Shown here: one piece after another, positions 1-12,395 of the stretch
How the letters are laid out: every line of letters begins with the position of its first letter
How positions within the stretch are numbered: the first letter of the stretch is position 1
NCBI GenBank assembly: GCA_053919585.1
Contig: CM132785.1
DNA: 64,000 nt
Origin: Euprymna scolopes
Taxonomy: Eukaryota
Direction: 5' to 3' (one strand)
Position numbers and translations under genes: made by a program
The notes under the pieces: model-generated
What the model was told of the DNA's origin: nothing
Database searches by the model: none
The model's input: only the letters and a program-made list of their open reading frames with translations

Positions 1-968
1 AGGCAGTGGGACCCAGGGGCTACGTTTTGTTAGTCTTGTTTGATGCTGGTATGAGGGATAACAGTGATAATGTGCATATGTATGGCGTGACCACCTAGGG
101 GAGCGATATTGCTCCCCATTGGAAAGACTAAGATCCCCTAACACACTGAGTGAGGCCGGGTATTTATGCTGAGATTGTCTGGTAAACATAAATTGGATCC
201 CGGACAGCGACGAGTAACATATCAAAAGGGATGGGTGTTCTGTGTTTTTGTAAAACATACATATATTTTATTCTTTGGGGAAATGACAGGAAATGTCAGA
301 TTAACGTAGAATTAAATCATACATTCGTTTGGCCTGACGAACACCTGCCCACGGTGCCTGGCTTCTGAGTGCGAAAAGGTGAAACTGTTGACATCTGAGC
401 GTGTGAATATATTCGAGTTTTGATCCGGGCTATGGAGATCCTGCCGAGGTTCACACAAGCAAAAGAATTTGGGAATTCCCTGAGTGACGTGACGAATTCT
501 GGTTGGTCATGGAGATTACCCCAAATTTCCCTGCCACTTGATATATAAGCGAATTCCCAGTCTGAAATTGAAGTTTAAGCCCGACCTCGAGAGAGAAAAC
601 CTAACCAAGAGATATCACCCCTACCCCACCGTCGCCACCACCGCTAACTTGAGAGAATAAGTGAACGCGTGGTTCATGAAATGAAAACGGACTGATAATT
701 GTACATATGTAAACAACTGTAAATATCGTGAATTAACTTTTAAGTAGACTGGAACCTCTCTGAATCTTCCTCTTTTTTGGCTTGCATGCGAACCTAATTG
801 ATTTTTTACGCGGAAATCGACACGAATCCTGCAATGCTGAGAATTTTGTTAAGCGCTTCTGGAGAGACGATCAACGGCCATTGTAGTTTCAAAATGGTCA
901 GAAATTACTTACTGACTTAAGACGGGAGATTCCAAATTAGGGGATCGCTGGGCGGGAGCCTTAAACAA
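1..968 (+). mobile_element. Possible LTR (solo or 3' LTR), truncated by the window start
   Basis: Non-coding block with higher GC than its surroundings, TATA-like TATATAA near 542, ending in ...TTAAACA (CA terminus). No PBS follows and no partner LTR is visible. Confidence 0.35.
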
Positions 969-2229
969 TGCTTGCAATGACAGGTGACGTTCATGATTAT
1001 CCAGCACCAAGACAATTGCACATGTTTATTAAAATGCCAAATTACCGACAAAAACTTTGATGTCATGCATCATATACTGCTGAAACTTCTTTCTGGAGAA
1101 TATAAACACTGGTGGCAAGGCAACACCTGTTGCTGACACTATGTCGCAGAACGTAACATGCTCCCCCTTTTTCTTGGTTATTTGACCAACCTATTTTACC
1201 CGTTTTGGCAGCAATAAATTCTTCACGGTCATGAAACCTGTCTATTTCAGATTGAAAATTTTTCGTGCTTCGACATTCACACTCTGGTGTTTTTTCTCTA
1301 ACAAGTGAAAGCACAGATTGATGCTGTGTTTGTTGAAGGCTGTTGCACGGGTAAAAGAAGTGGCCTCAGGTTTCGGACTTGGAAGTTTAGAGTGCCGTCT
1401 AAGAAGTAATTCTATCTCTTACCTGTTAGCATGCTTCCCATGAAGCAGTAACTATTTTTACGATTAATCACAGCTATTTCATATGACAGTTCTGCTACCC
1501 TTGTTGTCAGTTCGTAGAAAATTGTGGAACATTTTTGTAGTTAGTTTTCCATCCGTTCCTCTCTGCACTGGAAAAGAACTGTGCTTTTAAATATACTGTT
1601 ACGATTTTTTCCTCGTTGTTTTCTCTCAGGATAGAAGTCTCTCGACAGTGAGTTGTTCTTGGGACTTTTCTGTCTTCTGATACAGCTATTGCAGAATCTC
1701 TGGTCACTGTTGCCCATAATAATTCCGACGTTATAGGGGAGGGATTGTGGATTCGCCAAAAGTGAACAGAAAACAGACCAAACAAAGCCTGATCATTGTC
1801 TTCGTTGCCGCCATCTATGAAGGCTGTATCTATGGAATGCAAGATTTTATTAGTAAAGAACAAGCCAAATTCGTTTTGAACAATCTTTAGAGTAAAACGA
1901 ACAGACAGTTTTGAGAAATTTAAGGAACAAAGTTATGTATCTTAAGAGATGCTTGAGCTAAGAGGTGTTAGATTTAATAATTACACTGTATAGACACCCT
2001 AATACAAGGTAATGCATGAAAAACTATCACAAATTTATTCACAACCAAGTAATCTATAGATATAAAACCAGTATGAGCAATGTGGAGAATTGGTCACATA
2101 TGTAGAGACTTGGCCAGGCTGGCCAACTCTCTACCAGAAAAATCTGAACACAAAAAAATGAATAAAATTAAACAATAAATGCCACGTTTTAAGTAATATA
2201 CTGAAATTTTGGCTAAACGCGTACAGGTG

Positions 2230-2231
<2 letters not shown>

Positions 2232-2298
<67 letters not shown>
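2232..2298. repeat. (TA)n microsatellite; others near 2580, 2885, 3404, 6245, 10396, 17556, 17678, 35547, 35756, 37182, 47256, 52193, 53078
   Basis: Direct reading of the sequence. Confidence 0.98.
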
Positions 2299-2299
<1 letters not shown>

Positions 2300-2657
2300 C
2301 AATGTTATAAAAGCTACTATGAGTTCGAAGATAAAACGAACTAATTGAACAAAATACCTCCAAAATGAGTTAGTGCTTTCTCTCAGATATGTATCAAGAG
2401 AAGAAATCAACAGCGGATTATTTTTCCCTACTGTAGAGCTCTCCAAGAACAAAGCTAAGAATTAATTTCATACTTGGGTTTTTATTAGACATAGGGGTGG
2501 CTAAGTCTCCCCATTTGCCAATTCCCCCTACTCTCTGCTATACCTATCTATCTATCTATCTATCTATCTATCCATCTATATATATATATATATGTGTATA
2601 TATATATATATATATATGAATAAAAAGGAAAAACCTAAAAGAGTAAAAACAAAAATA

Positions 2658-2701
2658 AAATCAACGTTTCGTCCCTATTTCAGGGGACATCATCAGGATT
2701 T
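2658..2701 (-). ncRNA. Minimal type I hammerhead ribozyme motif (Penelope-like element pLTR type)
   Basis: Minus strand reads AAATC-CTGATGA-TGTCCCCT-GAAAT-AGGGAC-GAAA-CGTT-GATTT: intact core boxes, stem II, 5-bp stem I (AAATC/GATTT) and a palindromic AACGTT at stem III. Confidence 0.8.
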
Positions 2702-2724
2702 CTAGGCGAGAATGTACAGGAAGC

Positions 2725-2835
2725 CGGTCATATCACATGCGAAAGAGGAGAAGTTTAGTTCTCTTTCTGTGCTGGAGAGCCTTTCCAGTACAGAAAGAGA
2801 ACTAAACTTCTCCTCATTCGCATGTGATATGACCG
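2725..2835. repeat. Long inverted repeat (52-bp arms, 7-nt loop)
   Basis: Arm 2725-2776 is the reverse complement of 2784-2835 with 2 differences. Confidence 0.95.
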
Positions 2836-2881
2836 TATTCACATAACGTCTAAAGCATCGTTTATATCTTGCTTTATTTTA

Positions 2882-2924
<43 letters not shown>

Positions 2925-2927
<3 letters not shown>

Positions 2928-3403
2928 TTAGAATGTATGTGTGAGGACAATACTCAACCTATATGTTCAACGGATTTGTCATCTACCGATTTACAATTTG
3001 GTTATATACATTAGTCAGATATTTAGAAGACTTTTTAACCGGTTTTCATCTTGAAAACGGCTACTGAGTGTTAAAAATTAAATTATTGGTACGTTGAGGT
3101 TATCGGATTTTTATTTGTTTGTCACCTATTTCACGAATGCACATCTGTAAGTGGGTCATATGACATTCCTTATGTAAAGAATAAGTACGTTTCCAAACAC
3201 TTTTGAATTTCGTGTAAAGCTAGGTTAATGGGTATCATACTCGACTCACTTTCGTTAGGTTTTGGTTCTGATCTCAGATCGAGTATTTTGTTATTTACAA
3301 GAAATGGGCTTTTTATAAAATAAAACACAATAATCGAATGCATATGCCTCTATATAATATTTATGGGAATTTTGGGGCTGGGAAAAGCCTGGCAGTCTGC
3401 TAG
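2925..3403 (+). mobile_element. Non-autonomous Helitron, family H1
   Basis: Ends in a GC-rich segment followed by CTAG|T. Internal sequence aligns by eye with 3490-4034, 35840-36087 and the reverse complement of 55470-56042. Confidence 0.7.
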
Positions 3404-3405
3404 TA

Positions 3406-3486
<81 letters not shown>

Positions 3487-3489
3487 TAT

Positions 3490-4034
3490 ATATAGAGAGA
3501 GTGTATGTGAAACACATCTCAGCGTAGATAATTGACAAAAAAAAAGAAATTTAGTATACAGGGTATTCAAACGTATGAAAAATATCGGTTTTCATCCGGA
3601 TAAAAGGCTGCTAAATTGTTCAAATGTTTTAAAAACTGGTGCTTTGAGGTCATCGGATTTTTTTACTGTTTGTTAACTGTTTCACGACTTCACAGGATAA
3701 TTTCCTTTTATTAAGAATAAGTAGGTTTTTAACAGATTTATATCGTAGCAAGCTAGTCTACTGGTTATCGTACTTTTCTCACTGCTTTAAGATTTTAGTT
3801 TCGACCTCAGTTTGAGTATATTTTTACTTACAAGAAGTGAACTGTTTAGAAAAATAAAACATAATACCCGCATGTGGATGTCTCATTTTCTATTTTTTAC
3901 GTCATTTTTTTAGATGAATATAACGTTACGTTTTATACCTACAGTATTTTTTTTAATAAATACAGAATGTGTATTAAGTAAAATAAAGTATGTATGCGCT
4001 GTTTACGACTGAGCAACGCTCAGCGACCTGCTAG
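3490..4034 (+). mobile_element. Non-autonomous Helitron, family H1 (tandem with previous copy)
   Basis: 3' hairpin CTGAGCAACGCTCAG followed by CTAG|T; shares the internal TTACTTACAAGAAGTGAACTGTT block. Confidence 0.75.
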
Positions 4035-4259
4035 TGTATATATATATAACTCTTTTACAGACGCCTTACATAGCATTACTTACATAGAAAATTATATTAT
4101 ATTTTACTCTTATTCTATGTTATTCTGTTGAAACAAAAGTATAGAATTATGCTGTTTGGAATAAATTCTTGTATGGTTTTCCTACTGATTGAATTTTATT
4201 TGTCAGGATTCTTACTTTTTTAGCGCGTTTGTGATCTTTAGCCTTCTATTCCGACTGTA

Positions 4260-5480
4260 GAAATAAGAAAATGTACGACGTTATAAAGACACTCTCGAAT
4301 GGGAAAGTTTTAAGCACTTTTAATAAAATGTTTCCAAAAATTGCCGCATCTGTCTGGAAAATTTTATCAAATGATTTCAACTTTATATAATTTTGAATCA
4401 ATAAAATGAAACGAAATCTCATTTGTTTTGACGCAGTAGGAGAAACGACGACATATTTCAGTGATTGAATATCATTAATTTTATGGTTTGTGAAAAATAG
4501 TCTTGATTTCCTTTATACTACTACGTGTCCTACTAAACTTTCTCCGTTGGTTTCCTGAGATAAAACCAGGACGCAGACAACCTAAAGAAATACAAAGAAC
4601 AGCAGGACGAGAAAGATCATATCGCCACGGCGTGAATAACATTATTCGTTTAGACAAAATCCATCAACTGATTTTCATCAGACGGCATACACTCGAACTA
4701 AGCGTAACTATTAAAAACGGAATCAAATATTTATTCACCAGAAATGGTTTTAAATATGTTTTTTCTCAAAATCTGGGAAATTTATTTAGCTAGATATAAA
4801 TGTTGAAATATGTCGAAACAAAAAATGGTACATATAAAAAAGTTATAAGGAATGTTATATGTGTCATGAATATGTTCCAGAAGATATACAATATCTGTTA
4901 AGAAGATGCATACAATTATTCAGATGAGAGGAAACATATACAAAGTAATAGTGAACGCCTATATGTTTAAAAGAAATGAATATATAAGAAATCATTATAA
5001 TACGATAGTGGAGATGTTAGTCATAACGACACTGTCACTGAAATTTAAAAAAAAACACATTTGTCAGTGATATTAGCATCGATTTCTATAACAGAAATTA
5101 CTGCTGAGAGTGTTGAGATGATCAAACACACGATGAGAGGGGCATCATCCCTATAGACCCTGCAGATTACTGAAATACTGGAGAGCTTTAGTTCACACCA
5201 ATGTTAAATCCCTTCGTCATTATCAACAGGAATAAAAATATAAGCTGTTGCTGCAAGGTTGTATGAGAGTTTGATTTGCAATAAAAGAAAGCTTATGAAA
5301 GTCTGAACGCAACCGTTAAACAAACACTACATTATTTAAGTAATTCTGCATTGTTTTCAATTGTAGAATAATGCGCCCATCGTAATCAAGACTTCTTACA
5401 TGGTTGTCGCATACGTTTGTCTTTGACAGCAGGTAATGAAAAATGTACAGAATATAACAAAAACATTGACGCGAGGATAA
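4260..5480 (+). pseudogene. Decayed P-element/THAP9-like transposase remnant
   Basis: Translation FIRRHTLELSVTIKNGIKYLFTRNGFKYVFSQNLGNLFS resembles the P-transposase region leading to the SQD.LE..F motif; upstream NKMK-like motif; many stops and frameshifts. Confidence 0.5.
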
Positions 5481-6251
5481 TGCATTGATCGCTTATATTC
5501 AATCGGAGAAGAAAACTTGTTTTGGACACCCCATAGTTAAGACGAGGGCCCGAATATTACAAAACTATTCCTCTCCCCTCTCACAAGAACACTAAGTAGA
5601 AGGAAGGAGGAACAGGCGTCGTGTAAAAGTTATATAGTGTTATTTCTAATAATTGCAAATCGATTTTCAATATTGATCGAAGGAATCGGAGAATACGTGA
5701 CGTCTGCAAAGATTGATGATATTAGGATTCGATGGTACATAACTTGTTTGTGTTATTTAAATGATCACCAATAATAGCTCGTGTAAAATGTTCAAGTAAA
5801 TAAGAGACAAATAATCAGTGTAAGAGACACGGAGAACACGCGCTTCAACAAACATTTATTGACTAATTAATAGTTTGTTGAAAGTAAAATGAGGCTAAAC
5901 TTATTACCAATAACATCAACCAATGAATCGCCTATATTATGTGCATATATATACAAATGTAAACACAAGTTATGCACGGACAATCTTTCTGTTGGTATTC
6001 CGATGAGGTAACGCCTAAAACGAAATAAACATGTAGAAGACGTTTCAAAATCGAAAGTTTTAACAAGTAAAAACAGAAACAATCTGAAATAATTATCAAT
6101 TGCATTCAATTTAGCTTATCTTAATCGATAATCAATTTTCACTCTTGTTCGAAAACAATTAGCTGCCAGTGTTAGCTTAACGCAAAAGATTTCGAATCAT
6201 TTCTTGGATTCAATTACAAGTGTAAAATTATTAACGGTATACTTATATATA

Positions 6252-6304
<53 letters not shown>

Positions 6305-6556
6305 GTAATTTGGGTTCGCTAAAAGCGAATAAAACCATATTTCTACGTTACCAATTTAATTGAAATTTTCAGAAATTCTATTTTTAAAGTCAAGGAATGT
6401 TTTTATGTTATTAAAATAATTTAACATTGCGAATTATAAAAATATAAAATTATATAAAAAATATTTTTAGTAACTGCGAGATTATCGCCATTTTATTTCC
6501 GGTAGAAATTAGCCTTTCACTTATTGAGATAAGTATTATTTGTATTAATTTTTATG

Positions 6557-6753
6557 ATACTCATGCAGAGAGTGATCCGTGCTGAAATAATGTTATTATT
6601 TAAAAAGTCATTCTTAACATGGGGAGGGGAGGATGTTTTGTACCTATTCTGTACTTTAACCTTACAATTGAATAAAAAACATATCGTAAAACGTTAATTA
6701 AATGTGGAAATATGATTTAAAAAATAGCGCGGATCGCTCTCTGCATTAGCACC
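6557..6753. mobile_element. Small MITE with ~30-bp TIRs
   Basis: ATGCAGAGAGTGATCCGTGCT ... AGCGCGGATCGCTCTCTGCAT. Confidence 0.65.
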
Positions 6754-6764
6754 ATTTTCATTTT

Positions 6765-6840
6765 TTACGGACTATTATTCTCATCTTTATTAGTTGTTTC
6801 ACGACTTTTCAGCCAACTATTCCTCTGGCCTTCATGAAAA
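6765..6840 (-). repeat. Degenerate HHR-type repeat family B (also 31690-31750 minus, 40994-41080 plus)
   Basis: Shared pattern CTGAAGAAGGCC..GGCYGAAACGTTGTGAAA..AATAAAGATGA..AATAGTCCG; the core is mutated in each copy. Confidence 0.5.
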
Positions 6841-7097
6841 GAAGTAAGTCCTTTTTATAAATGTTCAGTAAGTTTTTCCTTTTATTATTCTTAAAAAGTA
6901 AAACATTTCTTATTCATGAAAAGAGTTAAGCCTACGTAAATAAATAAATGTTGTACACGTGACAAATTATCAATAAATGGTTTAGTTACTTTTTTTTATT
7001 ATTTATGAAAAGAGTTAACGTAAATAGTGTTTGTAAAAGTGCGAAAGGCGACGTTGTACAACGATCACTCCCATGCTTTATTTCTATAATCATTATT

Positions 7098-7997
7098 TCG
7101 ACATTTGAAAGTGGTGCTTACTTTTTAGTTACAACGTTCTGATAAATCAGTCACCCATTTTGTAAGCAATAAAAACGCGGTATTTCAAAACCATAGAAAG
7201 TAAAAATGATATGTGCCTCTACCGCATTTGTAAGTCAGAAATATATTTGTTTCTCAAAGAAAAAAATAGATTGAACATTACTTTTTTTTATTGTTTTTAT
7301 GAAAATAAAGTTTCGAGTTTTTTAATTTTTTTTTTTTACTTATTTAGTTAAAAGTCAGTTTGTTGGTGTTTTTTTTTAATTGTTTTTATGAAAGGTGAGT
7401 TTTTTTGTTTTTTTTTCAAATTTTTTTTTGTTAATTTGTTTAAAAGTATTATAAATTTCACTAACATGCTGGAGAAATGTTTAATAATTTGGTATTTTTT
7501 AGATTAGGTCAACCTCCACAATTTTCCTTTCGATGACGACATTTATAGGTTTCCGAGTATGCTGAACACGCAAATCGCATTGAAATTTTGCGGAAATAAA
7601 TAGTTGTATTATGCATTGTATTCTTCGGCGGCCATCTTTTTACGTGCACACGCGCCATAAACAAATACACGCACGCAAAAAGATGGCCGCCAAAGATTAC
7701 AATGCATAATACAACTTTTTATAACTACTTATTTCTGCAAAATTTCAATGCGATTTTCGTATTCAGCATAGTCGAAAACCATTTCAAGTTGTCATTTAAA
7801 AGAAAATTGAGGAGGTGGACCTAATCTAAAAATTTACCAATAATTTTTCATCCCGACGCCTCCCGATACATTGCTTCGTCAACATGCGACCATTTTATAT
7901 CTCCCGAAGACACTTCAGTATTTAGAAAAAAAAATGAGTGACCGATTTACCAGAACGTGGTAACTAAAAAATGAGTACCCCTTTCAAATGTTGAAAT
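7098..7997. mobile_element. Nested palindromic MITEs: inner foldback 7486-7843, outer IR arms ~7098-7161 and ~7931-7997
   Basis: Inner arms of ~160 bp are reverse-complementary. One arm is homologous to ~20485-20640, so the repeat is dispersed. Confidence 0.8.
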
Positions 7998-8631
7998 GAT
8001 TTTTTTTTTCAATTTTTTTTTCATAATCTGGTTAGTGTTCAATCAATAATAATCCAGTGAAAAAATTTCAAAAAACCTATCAGTATAGAAACTCCACCAC
8101 GTAAGTAAATAAATAAAAAATGTTACATGCGCATGCGTTAGCCTTGACTAGGGGGTGCTAAGGGAACGACCATTAAATAATTCTGCGGGTCGCCATGGAA
8201 CTCAACGCCCAAGGAGTATCAAAATAGTTTTCATGATCTGAAGAATTTTTTTTTTCGAAAAGTGGGTGATCACTTTTCCATGTAAATTTAACTTAAAATG
8301 AGCACCCACTTTCTGGCCACCTGAGGAAGGGGCATTTATTTTCGTGTTTATTGGCTTAAAGGTTTTTGACAAGGCAGTTTGGTACGCGAATGCATATTTA
8401 ACAGTTTTCGTGTATGCTCACGCATAGAATAAACAAAGGCTAGGTCTGTGAAATGGAAAATAGTCCCAGAGTTCAGGGGTTAATACCATGCAAAAGAAAT
8501 CAAACAAAAAACCTTTTAGCCAAGAAACACACAGAAAAAAGAAAAAAAATAGCATCCATTTTTTTCTATCGAATTCACTTGCTGTTTTTATTGAAAACTA
8601 TTTTCCCCCGGATTTTTGATATAATTTTCCA

Positions 8632-9209
8632 GTAAGGGCCGTGCGTCTCACGTTCGTAAATAACAAAATTTTGTTTGTAGATTATGGTATGGAAAAACGA
8701 ATCTGCAAACCGTTTCCGTCGCAAAAAAATAGTTTTTTATGATATGAAGAAATTACTTTTCCGAAAAAGTGGCGATCACTTTTCCATGTAAATTTAACTT
8801 AAAATGAGCACCCACTTTCTAGCCAACTGAGAGAGGGGGGAATTTTTCCCATGTTTATTGGCTAAACAGCTTTCGTTTATGCTCACGCATAACGTAAACG
8901 AAGGCTACGGTTGTGAAATGGAAAATAGTCCCAGAGTTCAGAGGTTATTACCATGCCAAAGAAATCAAACAAAAAACTTTTTAGCCTAGAAACACAGAAA
9001 AATGGCCCTCTCTCAGGTGGCCAGAAAGTGGGTGCTCATTCTAAGTTAAATTTACATTGAAAAGTGATCACACACTTTTCGAAAAAGTAATTTCATGAAT
9101 ATCATGAAAACTTTCTTTTTGCTACGTAAACGGTTTGCAGATTCGTTCTTAGCACACCGAAATCTACAATAAAATATTTCGTTATATATGAACGTGAAAC
9201 GGGCCTTAA
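8632..9209. mobile_element. MITE with ~200-bp TIRs and Kolobok-like termini; partial direct copy at ~8220-8545
   Basis: 8634-8840 is the reverse complement of 9004-9205; termini (G/T)TAA|GG...CC|TTAA. Confidence 0.7.
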
Positions 9210-9335
9210 AGTAAAATAATACCGGATTTTTTTGGAGCAGATTTGCCGTTTAGTTGTACAAATATCCTCAAACCATGTAATCACTAAAAGGGACTTTTAA
9301 AAGTCGTCACCTGCATCGAGCAAAAGTTTAAACCA

Positions 9336-10060
9336 CCGATTATATATCAGCCTACGTTATGGAAACATATATTGAGTGAGTTCCTAACAGTATTTTGTAT
9401 AGTTTTTAGTTTAAACTCATTTTCCCAAAATTTCCCCAAACTCAATGTGTTCGATACAGTCTGCCGCCATTTGTATTTTTCAGATATACCAATAAACATT
9501 GAATGTTTTTGAACCGATTATACATTACATAAAAACTCTAAAATCTTATCCAGTTAGGTAGAACATTTACTTTTCTTGCCTTTGATAACATTTATTTATA
9601 TATATTTATTTTTTGATAACTTCTTTGTATCTGTGTTTAGTAATACAAACACTTTTCATTTAACGTAACGTTTAGTCGGCTCGAAAAACAGTGTTTATCG
9701 GGGTATTTAAAAGCTACAAATGGTGGTGGACACTGCTGATTACTTTAAGTTAGAGAAAGTGAGCTAAAACTAAAAAAAACTATACAAAATACTGTCAGAA
9801 ACCCACCGATTATGTCAGCCTATGTCATGGTAACATATATTCGGTGAGTTTCAGACACTGTTTTGTATAGGTTTTAGTTTTCAACTTACTTTCCCAAACT
9901 TAACGTATTCAAAAGAGTCCGCACCATTTCTGTTTTTTGAGCCGATTAAACATGTTACATTACATAAAAACACTAATCAAGTATCCAATTAGGTAGAAAC
10001 GTAACTTACCTTTGCTTTAATTTATTTGTTTTTGGACAACTTTTTCGAATCTGTGTATAG
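9336..10060. repeat. Mixed direct and inverted repeat cluster (MITE-derived)
   Basis: 9336-9640 is repeated directly at ~9805-10060 and inverted at ~9700-9810. Confidence 0.75.
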
Positions 10061-10364
10061 TAACCCCCCTACCCCCATCATCAATCAAATATTAATAACT
10101 AACTCACATTTTTGTAAAACAACAACAAAAAAAAACATTTCGCGTTTCAACATTTTTGCTACGTTCGGCTTCATCCACTGATTGTTGGTCAAGTCCAAAC
10201 CATGAATGATTGACAGAAACTCCCGAGGATGCAGATAAAATTCTGCAAGAGTACATTTTTTTTCATTTTCGCCTTCTTTTTCACTGTTTGCAGTGGATTG
10301 CTGTTCTAATATAAGAAACATGCATTTTCTCTTTTTATTAAATTTTTCCATTACACCAAATTGA

Positions 10365-10394
10365 GCCACTGCAACGCGTGGCAGGGTACAGCTA

Positions 10395-10395
<1 letters not shown>
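10365..10395 (+). mobile_element. Helitron 3' terminus
   Basis: GCCACTGCAACGCGTGGC hairpin followed by CTAG|T, abutting (TA)n. Confidence 0.6.
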
Positions 10396-10446
<51 letters not shown>

Positions 10447-11189
10447 CACAAATTTAATTTACAATTATTCTTTGACTATAGTGTGATACTTATATAATCC
10501 TGTATATTTATTTCCCGAAAATTTTCATTAGCTCGCAGTAAATCCGAAAATCAGTATTTGATCTGAAATAGTTATTATTTCCGACATGAAATTTAGATAA
10601 ACACACATGTTTATTAAGTACGTTTTTCTTTCCAGAATATTTCGATTTAGCATCAATCTTTATTTTCAGCAACAAATTATAATTAAATTGGAGGCCATTT
10701 TTGCTATCTGCAGCAATTTTCACTTCTGCGAACAAAAAGTGATGTTAATCTTGTTTATCACTATTAAATTACAGTTTATATATTTTTAATTATTTAAAAT
10801 CTTACCTGAGCTCAATGAGAACATTTATCGACTTTGAAAATTGTCTACCGCATAAGTCGATGTAACACTTATTTCGTAAACGGTTCCTACTAACAAATAC
10901 GGTAAATAGTGTTAACTCTATTTGAACCATTACTTTATTTTCGATAATTATCCATTTAAGAAACACATTCTAATTTGATCCCTGGTATATTTTTTGTTAA
11001 ACTATATTCCGTGTGTCTAATTAGGTAGACACCTGATCAGTTTAATTACAATATTTCTCACTATACTTTTAAAAGACTAGTTTTAAAAAGAGAAACAATT
11101 ATTCGTATGATTCGATGGAAAGTGTAGAAAAGTTATTATTTTTTACTTGTTCGTCGGATAATGTTGTTTACCAATACTTATTTATTCTT

Positions 11190-11935
11190 TTATCAGTTTA
11201 ATTGTTATTTGTTTTAAATTCAACTTCATTTGAAATTATTGTAGATCATCGCAATTAAATATGCTTTTGGCGATCAAGACTATAATTTTTTCAGGTTACA
11301 ACTAAACCTGAACATGGATAATGTCAATTATTTGATAATTGATGATGTAGGCAAGTTTACTTCTTAATGATTTTTAAGCCGTAAACAAACAGAATTGTTA
11401 CTAAAGTAATATTCATTCATATCTTATGAATCCGAAGATTCTATTGTTGGAATTGGTATCCCCGATATTTTGCTTGAAAGCTGTTAATATCATACGGGAA
11501 ACTGATTTCGTAAAACCAACATGATTCGAAATTGTGTTATCAGTTTAATTGCTATTTGTTTTAAATTCAACTTCATTTGAAATTATAGTAGATCATCGCA
11601 ATTAAATATGCTTTCGGCGATCAAGACTATAATTTTTTTCAGGTTACAACTAAACCTGGGCAACGACAATGTCAATTATTTGATCATTGATCATGTAGGT
11701 AAGCCTACTTTTTAATGAAAACATAACAGCCGTAAACAAACAGAATCGTTACTCAAGTAACATTCATTCATATCTTATAAAACCGAAGATTCTATTGTTG
11801 GAATTGGTATCCCCGATATTTTGCTTGACATAATGCCTTCTTAGAAAGACATCGGCTACGTATGGTGAGATAATGTGAAAGCTGTTAATATCATACGGGA
11901 AACTGATTTCGTAAAACCAACATGATTCGAAATTG
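11190..11935. repeat. Tandem duplication, ~348-bp offset; second copy has ~60 bp extra
   Basis: TATCAGTTTAATTG... unit starts near 11191 and 11539; the copies are highly similar. Confidence 0.9.
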
Positions 11936-12395
11936 GAATACCGATGTTATCAGTCCGTGTCGTTAACAATTAGACCACCGTCACATTCTCGACGTAAACC
12001 AGCTTAAAGTTATTTTATTTTCATCATAAAACTGATATGAGAACATTTTTTTCTAAAAAATGGAATGTTTATGTGTCACCAGTTAACTTACATAACTTTA
12101 CTAATATCTTACAATACTCTCTTTACATAATTAAATTGTAGTTTAATCAAGCATGTAAAACTCAATGTGTGCGTCTGTCTATCTGTCTGCATCCACTTTT
12201 AAGTGCACCTTCTTTTTTTCATTTTTTTTTCTTCGATATGTACTGATATTATACTAATATTATAGACTTTTATAAAGATTCCAGAAACTAAACGCAGGTT
12301 AATGTCGATGATTATAACATACCATGAATGAGCTACTTTTTTCTGTATCGAAATCTATAAAAATTAGATCGTTAGCGAAATCGACATAATTCGTT

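Noticed and set aside
2094-2452. ORFs with IYIYIY runs (also 3291-3538, 17493-17924, 37102-38035)
   Set aside because: They are translations of (TA)n/(GT)n microsatellites or N gaps.
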